Under the pieces are notes generated by a model. It was not told where the DNA came from. It made no database searches and saw nothing but the letters and a program-made list of their open reading frames with translations. The position numbers and the translations under genes were made by a program. A DNA stretch of 53,747 nucleotides from Catajapyx aquilonaris. Lineage: Eukaryota. This document shows, piece after piece, positions 1 to 11,547 of this stretch; the stretch's first letter is position 1; each line of letters starts with the position of its first letter. The DNA lies in the NCBI GenBank assembly GCA_000934665.2, contig JYFJ02002622.1, forward strand, positions 1-53,747, read 5' to 3'.

Positions 1-279
1 CCGACGGCAGCGCCATCTCCACGCGGGAAGCTGCCCCACATTCGAATAAATTGCTCGTCGCCAAGTGGCAGCTAGCTCGTCATGACGAGGTCAGAAATAG
101 AGACTTGACCTCGCGGAATGACTTGCTCGGCGCCAAGTAGCGGCTAGCTCGTCATGACGAGGTCAGGAGAATATTTGACTGCCGCGAGGTCCCGCGACGT
201 GGCGGCTATCCTGAGGCGAGCTCGCCAGCTTCTGGCGAGCTAGCGGCAAGCTCGCGGCTAGGTTAAATTTTGGTAAGGG
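1..279. mobile_element. GC-rich subterminal repeat region, probable end of a DNA transposon (truncated by window edge)
   Basis: A near-identical 44-45 nt unit occurs at about 51-94 and 123-165, each containing the palindrome CTCGTCATGACGAG. A further hairpin GCTCGCCAGcttCTGGCGAGC lies at about 219-240. The sequence switches abruptly to AT-rich DNA after ...TTTTGGTAAGGG. Confidence 0.45.
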
Positions 280-838
280 CGATCTTTGGACAACAGTGAC
301 GTCAGAGGGCAATACGATACCTTATAATTATTATGATCTTAGATCGATCATAGCTCGAAAACTAATATTTCTTTAAGCAAAAAACACCAAAATTCATTTT
401 AAAATGAAAAAGATATTTTACATGGGTTTCCAAAATGTAGGCTAGGACCTCATTGAAACCTGTCTAAAGCGGAGTCGCTCCGTTTCGTGAAAAAATTGGG
501 ACTAAACAACTTTCCGGTTTGGCCGGCAAAATACATTAAAACTCATCCGACAGAAATGAAGAAAAAAAAATCGTATTGGTCCGTTATGGACAGGCTTCAG
601 CCACACCGAAAGATCTTTGCGCAATAACACGTATAACAGCCAATAATAACCGCTGATTCTGGTGTGACCAGCGTCCCTTACTCTTATTCGTAGTTCAGGG
701 CGTATTCGGCAAATTGGGGGCGAGAAATGGTGGAAGTGGTAGGAGTGGGGGGTCAAGTGAATGCAAAAGGTTCTTATGGATTCTGATCAGTTGACAATAT
801 ATCGGAAGTATGTCGCAATTTTCGTTATGACCTTTCAG

Positions 839-1062
839 GCCAAACGCTGGGACGAATTTCCCAACGTGACTCTGACGTTCGACTGCCTCAATCGAGCTGT
901 GGGCTTCTATGCCGACGTGGAATTCCATTGCCAGATCTTCCACATGTGCGACGAGGAGGGCAGAAGGATTCCCTACATTTGTGCCAACGACACAGCCTTC
1001 AACCAGCAATTCCGAGTCTGCGATTGGACATACAACTTTGACTGCAGTGATGCCCCGAACTG
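839..1062 (+). CDS. Chitin-binding peritrophin-A (CBM14/ChtBD2) domain protein, penultimate coding exon; upstream exons not located
   Basis: Acceptor cctttcAG at 837-838 and donor TG|GTcaga at 1063. Translation AKRWDEFPNVTLTFDCLNRAVGFYADVEFHCQIFHMCDEEGRRIPYICANDTAFNQQFRVCDWTYNFDCSDAPNW has the six-Cys CBM14 spacing with G(F/Y)YAD..C..F..C and FNQ...VCDW motifs. Confidence 0.92.
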
Positions 1063-1121
1063 GTCAGATTTTCTTCAGGCCATTACATATCCCTCTCTTT
1101 CCATATGAACCTACGGAATAA

Positions 1122-1195
1122 TTCTCTGTAGCTCAGTGGAAGAGCGCTCGACATTCAGTCGGGGTCAGTCCCAGGTTCGACTCCTGGCGGGGAAG
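1122..1195 (+). pseudogene. tRNA-like element (tRNA pseudogene or SINE head) inside the CBM14 intron
   Basis: A-box TAGCTCAGTGG and B-box GGTTCGACTCC. Cloverleaf stems pair, but the anticodon loop CATTCAG lacks U33. A poly(A) run follows at about 1227-1243. Confidence 0.65.
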
Positions 1196-1292
1196 GTCAT
1201 AATTATCCATGCCCCCTACCCTAGTTAAAAAAAAAAAAAAAAACGCCCAGTTAACGTGGCAGCAATAATGTCTCAACCTTCCTTCTTTGCAG

Positions 1293-1353
1293 GTATTATT
1301 TGAATGAACTGACGTATGTCACCGACCCACCCAAGCCTCGCGACAATAATTAG
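1293..1353 (+). CDS. Terminal coding exon of the CBM14 protein: (W)YYLNELTYVTDPPKPRDNN*
   Basis: Acceptor ccttctttgcAG at 1291-1292. The phase-2 junction TG|G restores Trp and gives the YYLN tail typical of this family. Stop TAG at 1351-1353. This exon is missed by the ORF track. Confidence 0.85.
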
Positions 1354-1960
1354 AAGACTAGTCTACGACAACATCTAGTGCCAATGCAACGGAAGATATC
1401 CCTGAACCAAAATATATATACAATTGGCTTATTTTCCAGATAGAGGTTCAAGAATCATACCAAAAAGGCATGTCGGATGGGTGAATGGCCATGTTCAAAC
1501 CATTGCACTGTTTACGTTGTGCAAGAGATGTGAAAGCCTAGACATGGTGCAAAAAAATTCAAATGAACACTCCAGTTTGTGAATATATCAACGCGGTGGC
1601 ATGTTTTCGTAAAAATTAATTGTAATAGGCTGCAACGTCTCGATTTTTTTTACTTACTTACTATGTGATTCCTCGTGTTAGGAATACAAGTTAGTCATGA
1701 GCTAGTTACATCTCAAAAGAAAATAATGTCCTGTATTCGTCTGCAGAATTTATAATATTAACCTACCAACATGAATACTATCATTATGTAGAGAGTGTAC
1801 TGTACATTCCGTATGTACTAATTATTGCATACTTGACTATTACAAGTAACATTTATTTGTAAAAACTGAAGACACTTCCATTAGGAGTTCAATGTCAGTT
1901 GTAAAATATTAATGTACAGCGCGGAATATCACGCCAGTGATTATCAATAATCATTTGTAC

Positions 1961-1966
1961 AATAAA
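1961..1966 (+). promoter_or_regulatory. Candidate polyadenylation signal of the CBM14 gene
   Basis: AATAAA at the end of an AT-rich stretch of about 600 nt after the stop codon. Confidence 0.45.
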
Positions 1967-3382
1967 ACATTCTCAGTGTCAATACTATTTCATAAAATAA
2001 CTCGCATTATTATTTATTAGTATTCCTTACTTATGGTTATCCATAGACCTCCAATAGTTCTCTAGAAAATATGTTGTAATGCTCTCTACAGTGTGCAATT
2101 CTATACACATATTTGTGTAGGTTCTAACAGCCAAATGTACAGTTCTGAAGTAGAATTTGTACAGTTAAAAAGCAACATCAAATTATGAAACACAAAGTAA
2201 GCATTAGAAAAGTAATAGTTTTGGTTATTCTGCATAAACTGACTAAGGTGAAAAATTGTTATAGTAATATTTTATTCAATCGCTCGCACAAACCTATACA
2301 CACTACACAGCAAATAAGGCAATACGACAAAGATGAACACGCCTTTTGTACAGTTCTATAAATTCCACCTTCCCTCTGACTGATAATATTTCCTACAATC
2401 AAATATGCATTTTTCTACTCTGCAAATGAACCCCAAATTATATTATTTTTCTGCCAACCCTACTAACAAATCCACAAATCATTCAAACGGGTATGCATTA
2501 TTTTTGTTCTATGAGCCGGTGTCGGTATTTTGTCTCTTAGGTATTTCTCCTGTCGATATTTTCATCCGTCAGTATTATCACTCTTGGTATATTATACGTT
2601 CGTAGGTATGGAGATTGCTCCCTGGAAAGACGTGCATGAGAACACAATTCTCAAATAAACCAAAAATGATCACAACTTTCAAATATCTAAATAAATGTAT
2701 GCAACAAATTCTAGAAAAATATCTTACGAAAATAACTTATTCGTTTACACAGTGATCTAAGGTCACAAAATGCATGTATCGAATTGATGCAGGCGACTAA
2801 TATATCACGCGGAATCTACCTCAAGCTGAGACTGACCATAGATATCTCATTGAATAACTGAAATTGACAAGATAATTTTTAAACTAATAATTTTAAATAA
2901 AAAAACTAATAGTGGTCATAGGCCGCGAGGTCATGACCGATGACTGCTGGTTATGCATGTCAATCAAGTTACGGACATTATGACATTCGTTCTTCATTTA
3001 CGCAGAAAACCTATCCCGTTGCATTGAAATCAAATGCAAAATAATGAAAATCGTCTCCATCTTTTTGAGGAATAGTACATCAGCGCCAGCAGTGCTTCCC
3101 AATCTTTTTCGTTGGCGACCCCAGAAACCCCCACTTCTAATTCACCCCCCCCCCCTCAGTGGTAGTCAATTGAAATAATTGATAAATAAACAAATCTTCT
3201 CGTTAACGGGCAAATTTTTCCAGAGAGACTGATAGGATCAATTTGTAAAAATAACTAGTTACCCTCCCACGCGACCCCAAAACGAAAAAAAAACTCTGGT
3301 CTAGAACTGTGCAAAATTGAACTGTTCTAGAGGTATTCGTTTTTTCNCGGTTGGTGCGCCAGTGGGTATATCATTATGTAAA

Positions 3383-3908
3383 GTAGCTGAATATATTTGT
3401 GCACATAACAACTTTATTTACATATGAGAAATTTCATGCGCGCCAATTAAATATTGTTTCATGATTTGGGGTTTCAGACCATCCAGCCAGGGGCAACGTC
3501 CCCACCCCCAGCTCCTCTTGTTCCATCATATGGGAACGTGAGTATACTCCGTGAAAATAACTTTGTAATAATAATAATTTGTAACGCTTGTATCGTCATT
3601 GTTGTGCGGGCGACATGGTGGTGTAGCCTTCCACCCCTCTAAGGTCCCGAGTTCGATCCCCGGGTCGGACGGAAGAGTTTCGATGGCGGGTTCTCCCCGT
3701 GTTTGAGTGGGTTTTCTCAGGGTTCTACAGTTTCCTCCCACTACCAAAAACCCATCACACGAATGTTAGATAGCCTTAGTTGCTTTGGCACAACACAACC
3801 GACAAACCATCATTGTTGTTTAGTATAACACTCCACCAGTATTTTTCTGCTGTGGAAATCCCCCCAAAATGATTAAATGAATTTGAGAGTATCTGAGAAA
3901 ATAATGCG
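3383..3908 (+). pseudogene. Paralogous fragment of the orphan gene at 42.6-43.8 kb, including mini-exon 3478-3537 (TIQPGATSPPPAPLVPSYGN)
   Basis: 3383-3605 aligns with 42862-43078 (intron, ggtttcAG acceptor, 60-nt exon, GTGAGT donor). 3835-3908 aligns with about 44099-44161. Counterparts of exons 3-4 are absent. Confidence 0.7.
3606..3809 (+). mobile_element. tRNA-derived SINE with V-domain-like core
   Basis: B-box GAGTTCGATCCC and core TTCTCCCCGTG..GTGGGTTTTCTCAGGGTTCTACAGTTTCCTCCCAC. Target-site duplication TCATTGTTGT at 3596-3605 and 3810-3819. A sister copy lies at 44704-44950 (-). Confidence 0.8.
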
Positions 3909-4976
3909 AATCAGTTTATCAAATCTCGCGCCACTATTATTGGTCTTTTTTGACTGAAACCAGCTCCAGTAGATGGATACATATGTTGTGCTACCTAGTA
4001 GCCAACTTGGAAAGCTTCTGTACCTAATGCATTATTGGCAGTCCCACAACTGCGAGTATTGTTGGCACTTCTTCCGGCTACTTTCCCTAATAGCTACCGG
4101 CATAGTTGCGAAGAGAGTAACTTAATATATGACTTCAGTACATATTGAAGCAGATAGTAATAAGCCGCTACTTCAATTATTTAACTTGCAAATCTGCAAT
4201 ATGCAGGAATGAGTAGCGCCTACAACTATAATGTCCAAAATAATGAGTTACTGGGGGAAAGGCACCTAGGGATACCAGTAGCAAAATTACCAAGTTTGAA
4301 CAATAAACATAGGAAAACACGATGATCAATAATCAATCCAACGAATAATCAGGATCATCCAAAAATAACCTGAACAAGATAATCAACATATGGGTAACCT
4401 ATAGACTAATGAATTATTGTGCCAAAAAGGAATGCATTGATCATTAAAAAATATGTCATCAATCTCGGCGAAATAGTGCGATAATAATGCCAGGTAATCA
4501 ACATTGGCAAATACGAATCAAAGGGGGTGATACTCATCACACAATCCAGTTCGACTCCAGGTTCAAATGCGGTCCACGTCAACATGGGAACGGCAACAAT
4601 CACGAAGAACCCACTAGTAGAATCTTCGGACAAACTTCTCTTAGGCTGAGCACAGATACGTCAAGTACAACAGGTCAACAGCAATGGATAGTTAAACGCT
4701 CATACGCGTAAGAGCCTCCAGACGAAAATATGGTTACGACTCAAAATGAAGTTATGCATAGCCAAAAGGAGCCGCGAGGTGAATGCTTCCCTGGTTCCTT
4801 CTCTTCATTTCAAGGATGAGCAACCAATGAAAGTTCGGGTGCGTCGAATAGGAGGTAAAATTGTTACTGTCAAGAAACATGTCGAAATTCTTAGTCCAAA
4901 TCACGTGGTCCAAATGGAAGGCAATTATTTCATCATGATTTGAGTTTCATATGAGCGGTAGCCTACTGCAGTGAAG

Positions 4977-5160
4977 TGAGGTTTTCCGTATCAGAAGAAA
5001 CGGTTTAGTGATTTTCCATGAAATGGTTTGTTGATTTTTGTACCCTCATCCTTCCTCTACATATCCGCAGATCTCTCGATAACCTGATACGTTACAAAAA
5101 TATTCACATTTACATTTGTCACAAAGTCACCCCTCAATGCGGAGTGACTTTGTGACAATG
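4977..5160. repeat. Left arm of a diverged inverted repeat (partner about 10990-11163), with GTCACAAAGTCAC motifs; old TIR-transposon relic
   Basis: 4977-5122 is the reverse complement of about 10990-11143. The motif TGTCACAAAGTCAC / GTGACTTTGTGACA recurs at about 5117-5157, 10310-10345 and 11148-11163. Confidence 0.65.
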
Positions 5161-6078
5161 CATGGTCATGCGAGTATTTACACCGAGATGTGTCATATCT
5201 CCAGTGAGAGCTTGAGGGATGCCTGCTCTCTCAGCCACTTATTATAAATAAAACAATATAAACACTTTCCACGGTCCAGGTATCAAGAAATAAAAACAGG
5301 AGATGGAACGAGTGTTAATAAAGTAGGAAAAAATTGGAGGTGTTTGTTTCCATTTACTCTGTCTCATTTGTTCACTTTTCCCGTATACTGTACTTTCCAA
5401 GAGCTACACAGGAGACATGAAAATCACGCCATCGAGGACAGTCATTTTGTCACCCCAAAAGCTCGGTGTATAGTATACCTACGTGTCATCCTCCGTTGAC
5501 CTGAGTGATATTGTGCAAATGTGGAGTGGCCTGACCAACCACACATGGGAGTTTAGGGCACGTTCAATATGCGTTTGGTGAAAGTTTAGATCAGATGCCA
5601 AGCATATAGTCCAGAGATTTTTTAGAGCAAAATTGTGCTTCCGAATTTAAAGGTAGTCACAATTACTATATTATACTGTCTATTCAACATCGCAGATTTT
5701 CAGAAAGGTGACCCCAATGATTAATGAACTACAGTGCGCGCCTTTCGATAAGCCGAATTGTTTTTAATAAATCATATTCCACAGTAATTGAGCTACGGTA
5801 CGGAAATATCTCAGAGAGGGGAAAAAAATGCAGTATGACAGAAACCAATATTATGACAAACCAACTCCATGAGTATTTTAAAACACCCACCTTAGTAAGT
5901 CTTTGTGCACTGATACGTATGCTATACGATGCAGAACATGCCGAGATTCGTGATGGAAATGAATTCAGATTTGTATGGCTCTTCGAGTGTCCAGCATGGT
6001 GCCCTCGTTAACTTGTCAACCTTGAGCCATTTTGTATAGGGTCCATTCAGGTTCACGGTTCATATGAGAAAAAAAGGT

Positions 6079-6735
6079 AATTGAATACATGAATTTCCAA
6101 AGGGCCCAAGTCGTCTGTTTGGGCAAAACTGAGGTAAGACCGGATATATGTTCACAGTACCAGGCTCGGGCTGCATGCGTATGCTGCATAGGAAGGCCCG
6201 TCCCATATAAGAACAGGAGAAAAATGCTGGCATTGGGAAATTTCCAGTCAGCGACTTGGGCAATTCTTCAAAACATATTGTAGAACGACCGGCAGTTGGT
6301 GGCGATAGTGGGAAGCATGAGCTGGGTAAGTTATTAGCTGCATGAAAGGACATCACAAAAATAGCAGTAGTGCCTGCAAAATATGATTTCATGATGTCCA
6401 TGTACTGCAAAATACATTAGCAGGTGGTATTGACTTCAATATTAGTCTTGGAATGCTGAGGCTACCTCTTGTGTTATCCAGGATTCCATATCCACTTAAT
6501 GTTTTTCCAAAGGACCCAAGTCAGGCACTTAATTTTATTTATGATTAGCACACTGTTCGTCGTATGCGTGGTGTTCATATTGCTTCAACGCAACCGTTTT
6601 TTAGATATGGTTCATTGTGTTAAAATCCCAACTGCCGGGCAGTAAATTCTGTTCTTGTGCTGGCATCGTTTTTTCCTTCTCCTGGAAATTTCATGTTGCC
6701 GGACTTGGGCCCTTTGGAAATTCATGTATTCAATT
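6079..6735. mobile_element. Internal inverted-repeat module of a DNA transposon relic
   Basis: AATTGAATACATGAATTTCCAAAGGGCCCAAGTC (6079-6112) is inverted exactly at 6702-6735. A further motif copy lies at about 6503-6522. Confidence 0.55.
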
Positions 6736-7480
6736 GAAAAATTGGGTATTTTCTTGGAATCGGCATGGACACGTCAGCAGAACCGAATTGCTTGGCAGGA
6801 ATCAAGACCCATTGTTACTAGGGTATTGCGTCACTACCAGTTGGGTCCTAAAAGTAGGCCTACATTACGACTTACGTAACATGGCGCCGACGCACTCGTT
6901 AAGTAATTTTGGTAATCCAACACAAGACCGTCAAATTTGAGAGAACCGAATTGAATATGCCTTGATAATGTCTGATGTCTTGCTATGACTCATGCATCAC
7001 TTGATTTAGCCTCTTATTATAATGAGTTCAGCCTTAGAATAACACAATCACAAGCCTTTAATAACTGTCAGTTGCATTGTTGTCACTATTGAGAGTAATT
7101 ATTGTTGTCCTCTCTGGATAATAATCTTTTGCTTGAAACATATTGTCTGAGTAACAAGTGAGGGATTGGCCATGCACTATAATGTAATCAGATGTACTGT
7201 ACGTACTGTACATTTGGTTGGATATCCAATAATTATTTATTCGCGAATATATAGTTGGTGAGTCTATAGCATTAATAGAATTATGGTTTTCTACAGAATA
7301 GGAGAGAAAATCATTGAAATGAATGCACTATATTATGTACGGAGTTAATTTTCCACAAGCACATGTAATGCAAGCCATATAATATGCTTAATGGACGCCA
7401 TCACTTGACCGAAAATTGATTAAATAAAATCCTTGATTGTATAGTAATTTTGTAGGCTAATTACACTAATACGCAAGGTT

Positions 7481-8846
7481 TTGTTGTTTTGAAATGGACA
7501 TGTCTATCTGAACGGATTTTCTCTGCAGATTACTAAAATAACATTGAAAAATCCGTACCACGTCTAGTTTTCGAGTTACAGGGAGAGAGAAGGAACCACT
7601 GATTAATAATATTCTACGTACAGTACATCTCCGGCTGCAAAAATTTAATTCTTCTTCAATTCACTCCCAGACACCTCTAAAAGAAATAATACTGCGCCTG
7701 GAATAAACCAAAAATACAATGAATCAATAGGAAAGTAAGCCTTTCTGTCGCATTAATCAGGTACACCCACTCTCTCCCTCTCTCTCGAAGGTGACCTTTT
7801 ATGTAACGGACTGGAGGTCGGGAATAATGCTGGCCACCATATACTTTTCAGGACCTTCATACAACTTGTCAGAAAACCGAAATAAATTAATCATCAACTT
7901 CGATCAGCATCGATTTGCACTGAAATGACCGAAATGATTGGTGCTGTACTCCGTAGGAAATATCCTAGAGTGACTAAAGCTGGTAAATAACACCAAGAGC
8001 TTCCAAACGCTCCTGATCCATCTTGAATTTTTGTGCACTTTATTTGATGATGGCGTATGATAGAGCATCGCCACATACTCTTTGTACAATATCGCTATTA
8101 ATGTTATCTCGATTCATTACATAATTATGATTTTATTTTATGCCCGCAAGTTCACCTATATGCACATCCGACCCACACTTTTACACCTTCTGAGGTGCAT
8201 AACTCCGAGTGGAATGATGCAATCGGAATGGAACTTGGTGGTCGTAACAAGGATGAGTGTCACAACAATGTGGTGTAAGGTCGTTGCTGTAGGTAAACTC
8301 CATCCACGTCACGCGCTGGACATGTGGACACACCCACGCGAATTTATGGCACACCCTGTAACTCGAAAACTAGACGTGGTACGAATTTTTCAATGTCATT
8401 TTCGTAATCTGCAGAGAAAATCCGTTCGGATACACCTGTTTATTTCAAAACAACAGAAGAAAAGTCAAAAAAAAAATGCAGATCAGTGTTATTTACCAGC
8501 TAGTCACTCTAGGATATTTCCTACGGAGTACAGCACCAAACATTTCGGTCATTTCAGTGCAAATCGATGCTGATCGAAGTTGATGATTAATTTATTTCGG
8601 TTTTCTGACAAGTTGTATGAAGGTCCTGAAAAGTATATGGTGGCCAGCATTATTCCCGACCTCCAGTCCGTTACATAACAGGTCACCTTCGAGAGAGAGA
8701 GAGGGAGAGAGTGGGTGTACCTGATTAATGCGACAGAAAGGCTTACTTTCCTATTGATTCATTGTATTTTTGGTTTATTCCAGGCGCAATATTATTTCCT
8801 TTAGAGGTGTCTGTGAGTGAATTGAAGAAGAATTAAATTTTTGCAG
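7481..8846. repeat. Compound inverted duplication: about 360-bp arms 7635-7993 / 8486-8846 plus Tc1/mariner-like end fragments 7481-7583 / 8354-8456
   Basis: Direct reverse-complement alignment. It explains the mirrored ORF text SHSRIFPTEYST...HFGHFSANRC on both strands. Confidence 0.85.
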
Positions 8847-8847
8847 G

Positions 8848-8966
8848 GTACAGGTCAGAGACCCTCCTGACGCAGGTGAAAGGAAAGTTCCCCAGGCTGG
8901 GATCGAACCTGGGGCCTTTCACTCAGCAAGCCGAGACGTTACCATCTCGGCCATCTACACCTCCCC
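8848..8966 (-). mobile_element. tRNA-derived SINE family A, 3'-truncated copy
   Basis: Reverse complement of the 5' part of the 10676-10978 element (GGGGAGGTG..GGCCGAGATGGTAACGTCTCGGCTTGCTGAG..GGTTCGATCCC). Confidence 0.8.
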
Positions 8967-9904
8967 CATTTCTCTAAATTCTTTCACCATTTTTGGCAGC
9001 TGACTAGATTTTCACTTTACATATGATTCTGCCAAAAAAAAATGATTGTCTTTTTAAATGCCTGCACTTTATCACTGTCATGAAAACCATTTACTCCTTT
9101 ATCTTGAAGTGAGAGACTAAAGTCATTAACTAATTGAAGAATTCTTTTTTTCCCAACCTCTTCGCGAAGCACTTGAAGAAGCTTCGCGGAGCACTGTTTG
9201 GGAACCTCTGGCCTATACAGTATATCAAGTGCTTATTATTTATAATACGTAGCCTATTTCTGGAATAAAAGTTTTATATAAATAATTTTATTGAAGACCT
9301 CGACAAGAAATAATGTAATTTTCAAAATAATATATTCACCTACCCGACCCTAACGGTTCTGACAAATCCACCCCCCTCGTCCCGCCCCCAAACAAAACAA
9401 AAAAAAGCTGCGTGAGCCATTGCAAAAGTCTTTTAAAATTCCATACAGAACCGGCCTGCGAGCTCGAAGACATCGATTTTTGGCACGACCAATTGGTCCC
9501 ATTAAAGAATATGAATAATATTTAATTAAAAAACCAAAACAGGCGCTGAAATTATCTTTGCTGGGGTTTTCAGCTCAATTGATGTCACAATGTGGTATAC
9601 AGATGGCTCAAAAAGCCATTATTTTGGCCCACCCACTGCATACGGACAATACGGTGCTCATCCTATTATTTAAATCAGTGCCGGGGAAAGGGGGTGTCGT
9701 TTCTATTTCCCCCACCCCCGCTCCCTGGCGCTGCGAACCTTCATACCTATTAGCCAATGAATTTGTCTTCAAAATATATTTGTACATGTTTATCTCTCCC
9801 TGCAGGCACTGAAAAAATTATGAGGCTCACAAAAGCAAGTCATAAAAATGGGAAATTAACCTCTGCTTCGATTTTAACAAATTAAAGCATAAAAAGTAAA
9901 AATG

Positions 9905-9977
9905 TGATTCCGCTCGGGTTCGAACCGAGGACCTTCCGCGCGTCAAGCGGACGTGATAACCACTACACTACGGAACC
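9905..9977 (-). tRNA. tRNA-Val-like gene with anticodon GAC (body of Val-TAC type)
   Basis: GGTTCCGTAGTGTAGTGGTTATCACGTCCGCTTGACGCGCGGAAGGTCCTCGGTTCGAACCCGAGCGGAATCA, 73 nt. Acceptor, D, anticodon (TCCGC/GCGGA) and T (CTCGG/CCGAG) stems all pair. The discriminator is A and a T5 Pol III terminator lies 2 nt downstream. Functionality is uncertain. Confidence 0.75.
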
Positions 9978-10022
9978 TTCATACCTATTAGCTAGTGAAT
10001 TTGTCGCTCCAATGAATTTGAA

Positions 10023-10220
10023 CGCGGAAGGTCCGTGGTTCGAACCCGAGCGGAATCGCATTATTACTTTTTATGCTATAATTTATTAAAATCGTAGTAG
10101 AGATTAATTTCCCCTTATTGTGGCTTGCTTTTGTGAGCCTCATAATTTTTTCAGTGCCTGCAGTGAGAGATAAACATGTGCAAATATATTTTGAAGCCAA
10201 ATTCATTGGCTAAGATATGA
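10023..10220 (+). repeat. Inverted partial copy of the tRNA-Val repeat unit (3' half of tRNA plus spacer)
   Basis: Reverse complement of about 9741-9941 with scattered substitutions. Confidence 0.85.
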
Positions 10221-10407
10221 TATAACCACTCCTGATATAACATAATGCAAGATTGAACTTATTTTGTAGGAGATACGAGGGTGTTAAATTAATTTCGTAC
10301 TTTTGCGGGGTGACTTTGTGACAGCATAAACTCGTCACAAAGTCAGTCCAAGGATATTATTTACTGTTTTGACCTATGGTCCGTACCACTGGAAATTATA
10401 CACATCC

Positions 10408-10486
10408 ATGTCGTTGTCGACTGATTTATTCGGATTTTAATTTTTTTTCGGAATTAAAATCCGAATAAATCAGTCGACAACGACAT
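10408..10486. repeat. Perfect 35-bp hairpin with a 9-nt loop
   Basis: ATGTCGTTGTCGACTGATTTATTCGGATTTTAATT (10408-10442) and its exact reverse complement (10452-10486). Confidence 0.9.
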
Positions 10487-10675
10487 CACAAAGTTAAAGA
10501 TCTGAACTAAAAGACCAAAAAAATGACCAAATGTATTTCATAATATTAGCTACGTGATCAATTCTTTAAAATAATATATGATTGTAAAGGCGAAAATTTG
10601 TCTAAAGTAAAGAGTTTGTGGGGTTACTTAGTTATATTTTCTGTTTACTTCATCTTAAGGAAATGAACACTGTCA

Positions 10676-10978
10676 TGGGGAGGTGTGGTGGCCGAGATGG
10701 TAACATCTCGGCTTGCTGAGTGAAAGGTCGCAGGTTCGATCCCCGCCTGGGATATCCCTTTCACCTGCGTCGGGAAGGTCTCTGACCTGCACCTTGGGGG
10801 TGTCTGGCAACCTAACCTCCTGGGGGACTGCACATGGCCCATTATTGAGACATTGCACCTGCACCCATGCCCCCTCCCCGAAAATCCCCTATCCTTACCC
10901 TACGTCCTTGATTCCTTGCACCGGAGATTAAAGTTAATTCAGAAAAAATTGAGTAAAATGGTGGGTTAAACAGTAAAA
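10676..10978 (+). mobile_element. tRNA-derived SINE family A, full-length
   Basis: A-box TGGCCGAGATGG and B-box GGTTCGATCCC. 15-bp TSD AAATGAACACTGTCA at 10661-10675 and 10979-10993. Confidence 0.88.
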
Positions 10979-11175
10979 AAATGAACACTGTCACAAATGT
11001 TAATGTGAATATTTTTGTAACTGATAAGGTTATCGAGATGATCGTCTGCACAGGGATATGTAGAGGAAGGATGAGGGTATAAAAATCAACAAAACATTTA
11101 ATGGAAAAACATTAAACCGTTTCTGTTGATACGAAAAACTTCAAAAACTGTCACAAAATCACTTATGGTATATTA

Positions 11176-11547
11176 TTTTTCTACTTGTCTGAATACACCA
11201 ATTCTAAGGAATAACTGGACGCAGTAATAGCATGCACTAATTATATCCAGTGGAGTAATCAATTATATCGTGTATTTTGGATTATTGCTTTCTAGCTTAT
11301 TATCTTTCCGCTTTCAGGATAACATCACACAACCAATTGCGTTCTGAAATTAGTGAATCTATAATATTCTAATGATGCAAATACAATGACAACAGCAACA
11401 GGGAAAGGTTCAGTTTCACATCACAAGAAGTTTAGTGACTTTTCTTTTCTTATGGCTGTAATGTAAGTGTGAACAGGAGTAGACTAACATCAAGCAGCAA
11501 GCAAATAACTCTGATGCACAGGCTGAATTTACTAATGCATTGTACAG
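11176..11547 (+). repeat. Diverged duplicate of the 3' flank of the orphan gene (partner about 44172-44519)
   Basis: Colinear shared blocks ACTTGTCTGAATACA, TAATTATATCCAGTGGAGTAA, GTTCTGAAATTAG, AGTAGACTA and GCAAATAACT.TGAT.CACA. Confidence 0.75.

Noticed and set aside
51..165. CRISPR-like repeat-spacer pattern
   Set aside because: Only two units, a eukaryotic context and no cas genes. It is better explained as transposon subterminal repeats.
761..1108. ORF 761-1108 as a complete single-exon gene
   Set aside because: The first 26 codons and the tail after W are intronic. Splice sites at 838 and 1063 and a downstream exon at 1293 give the family-typical C-terminus.
4487..4943. Short ORFs 4487-4711 and 4746-4943
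   Set aside because: No domain, no convincing splice structure and no homology elsewhere in the window.
7894..8573. 163-aa ORF 8082-8573 and mirrored short ORFs
   Set aside because: They run through a mariner end fragment and an inverted-repeat arm. The start is non-ATG and there is no coding signature.
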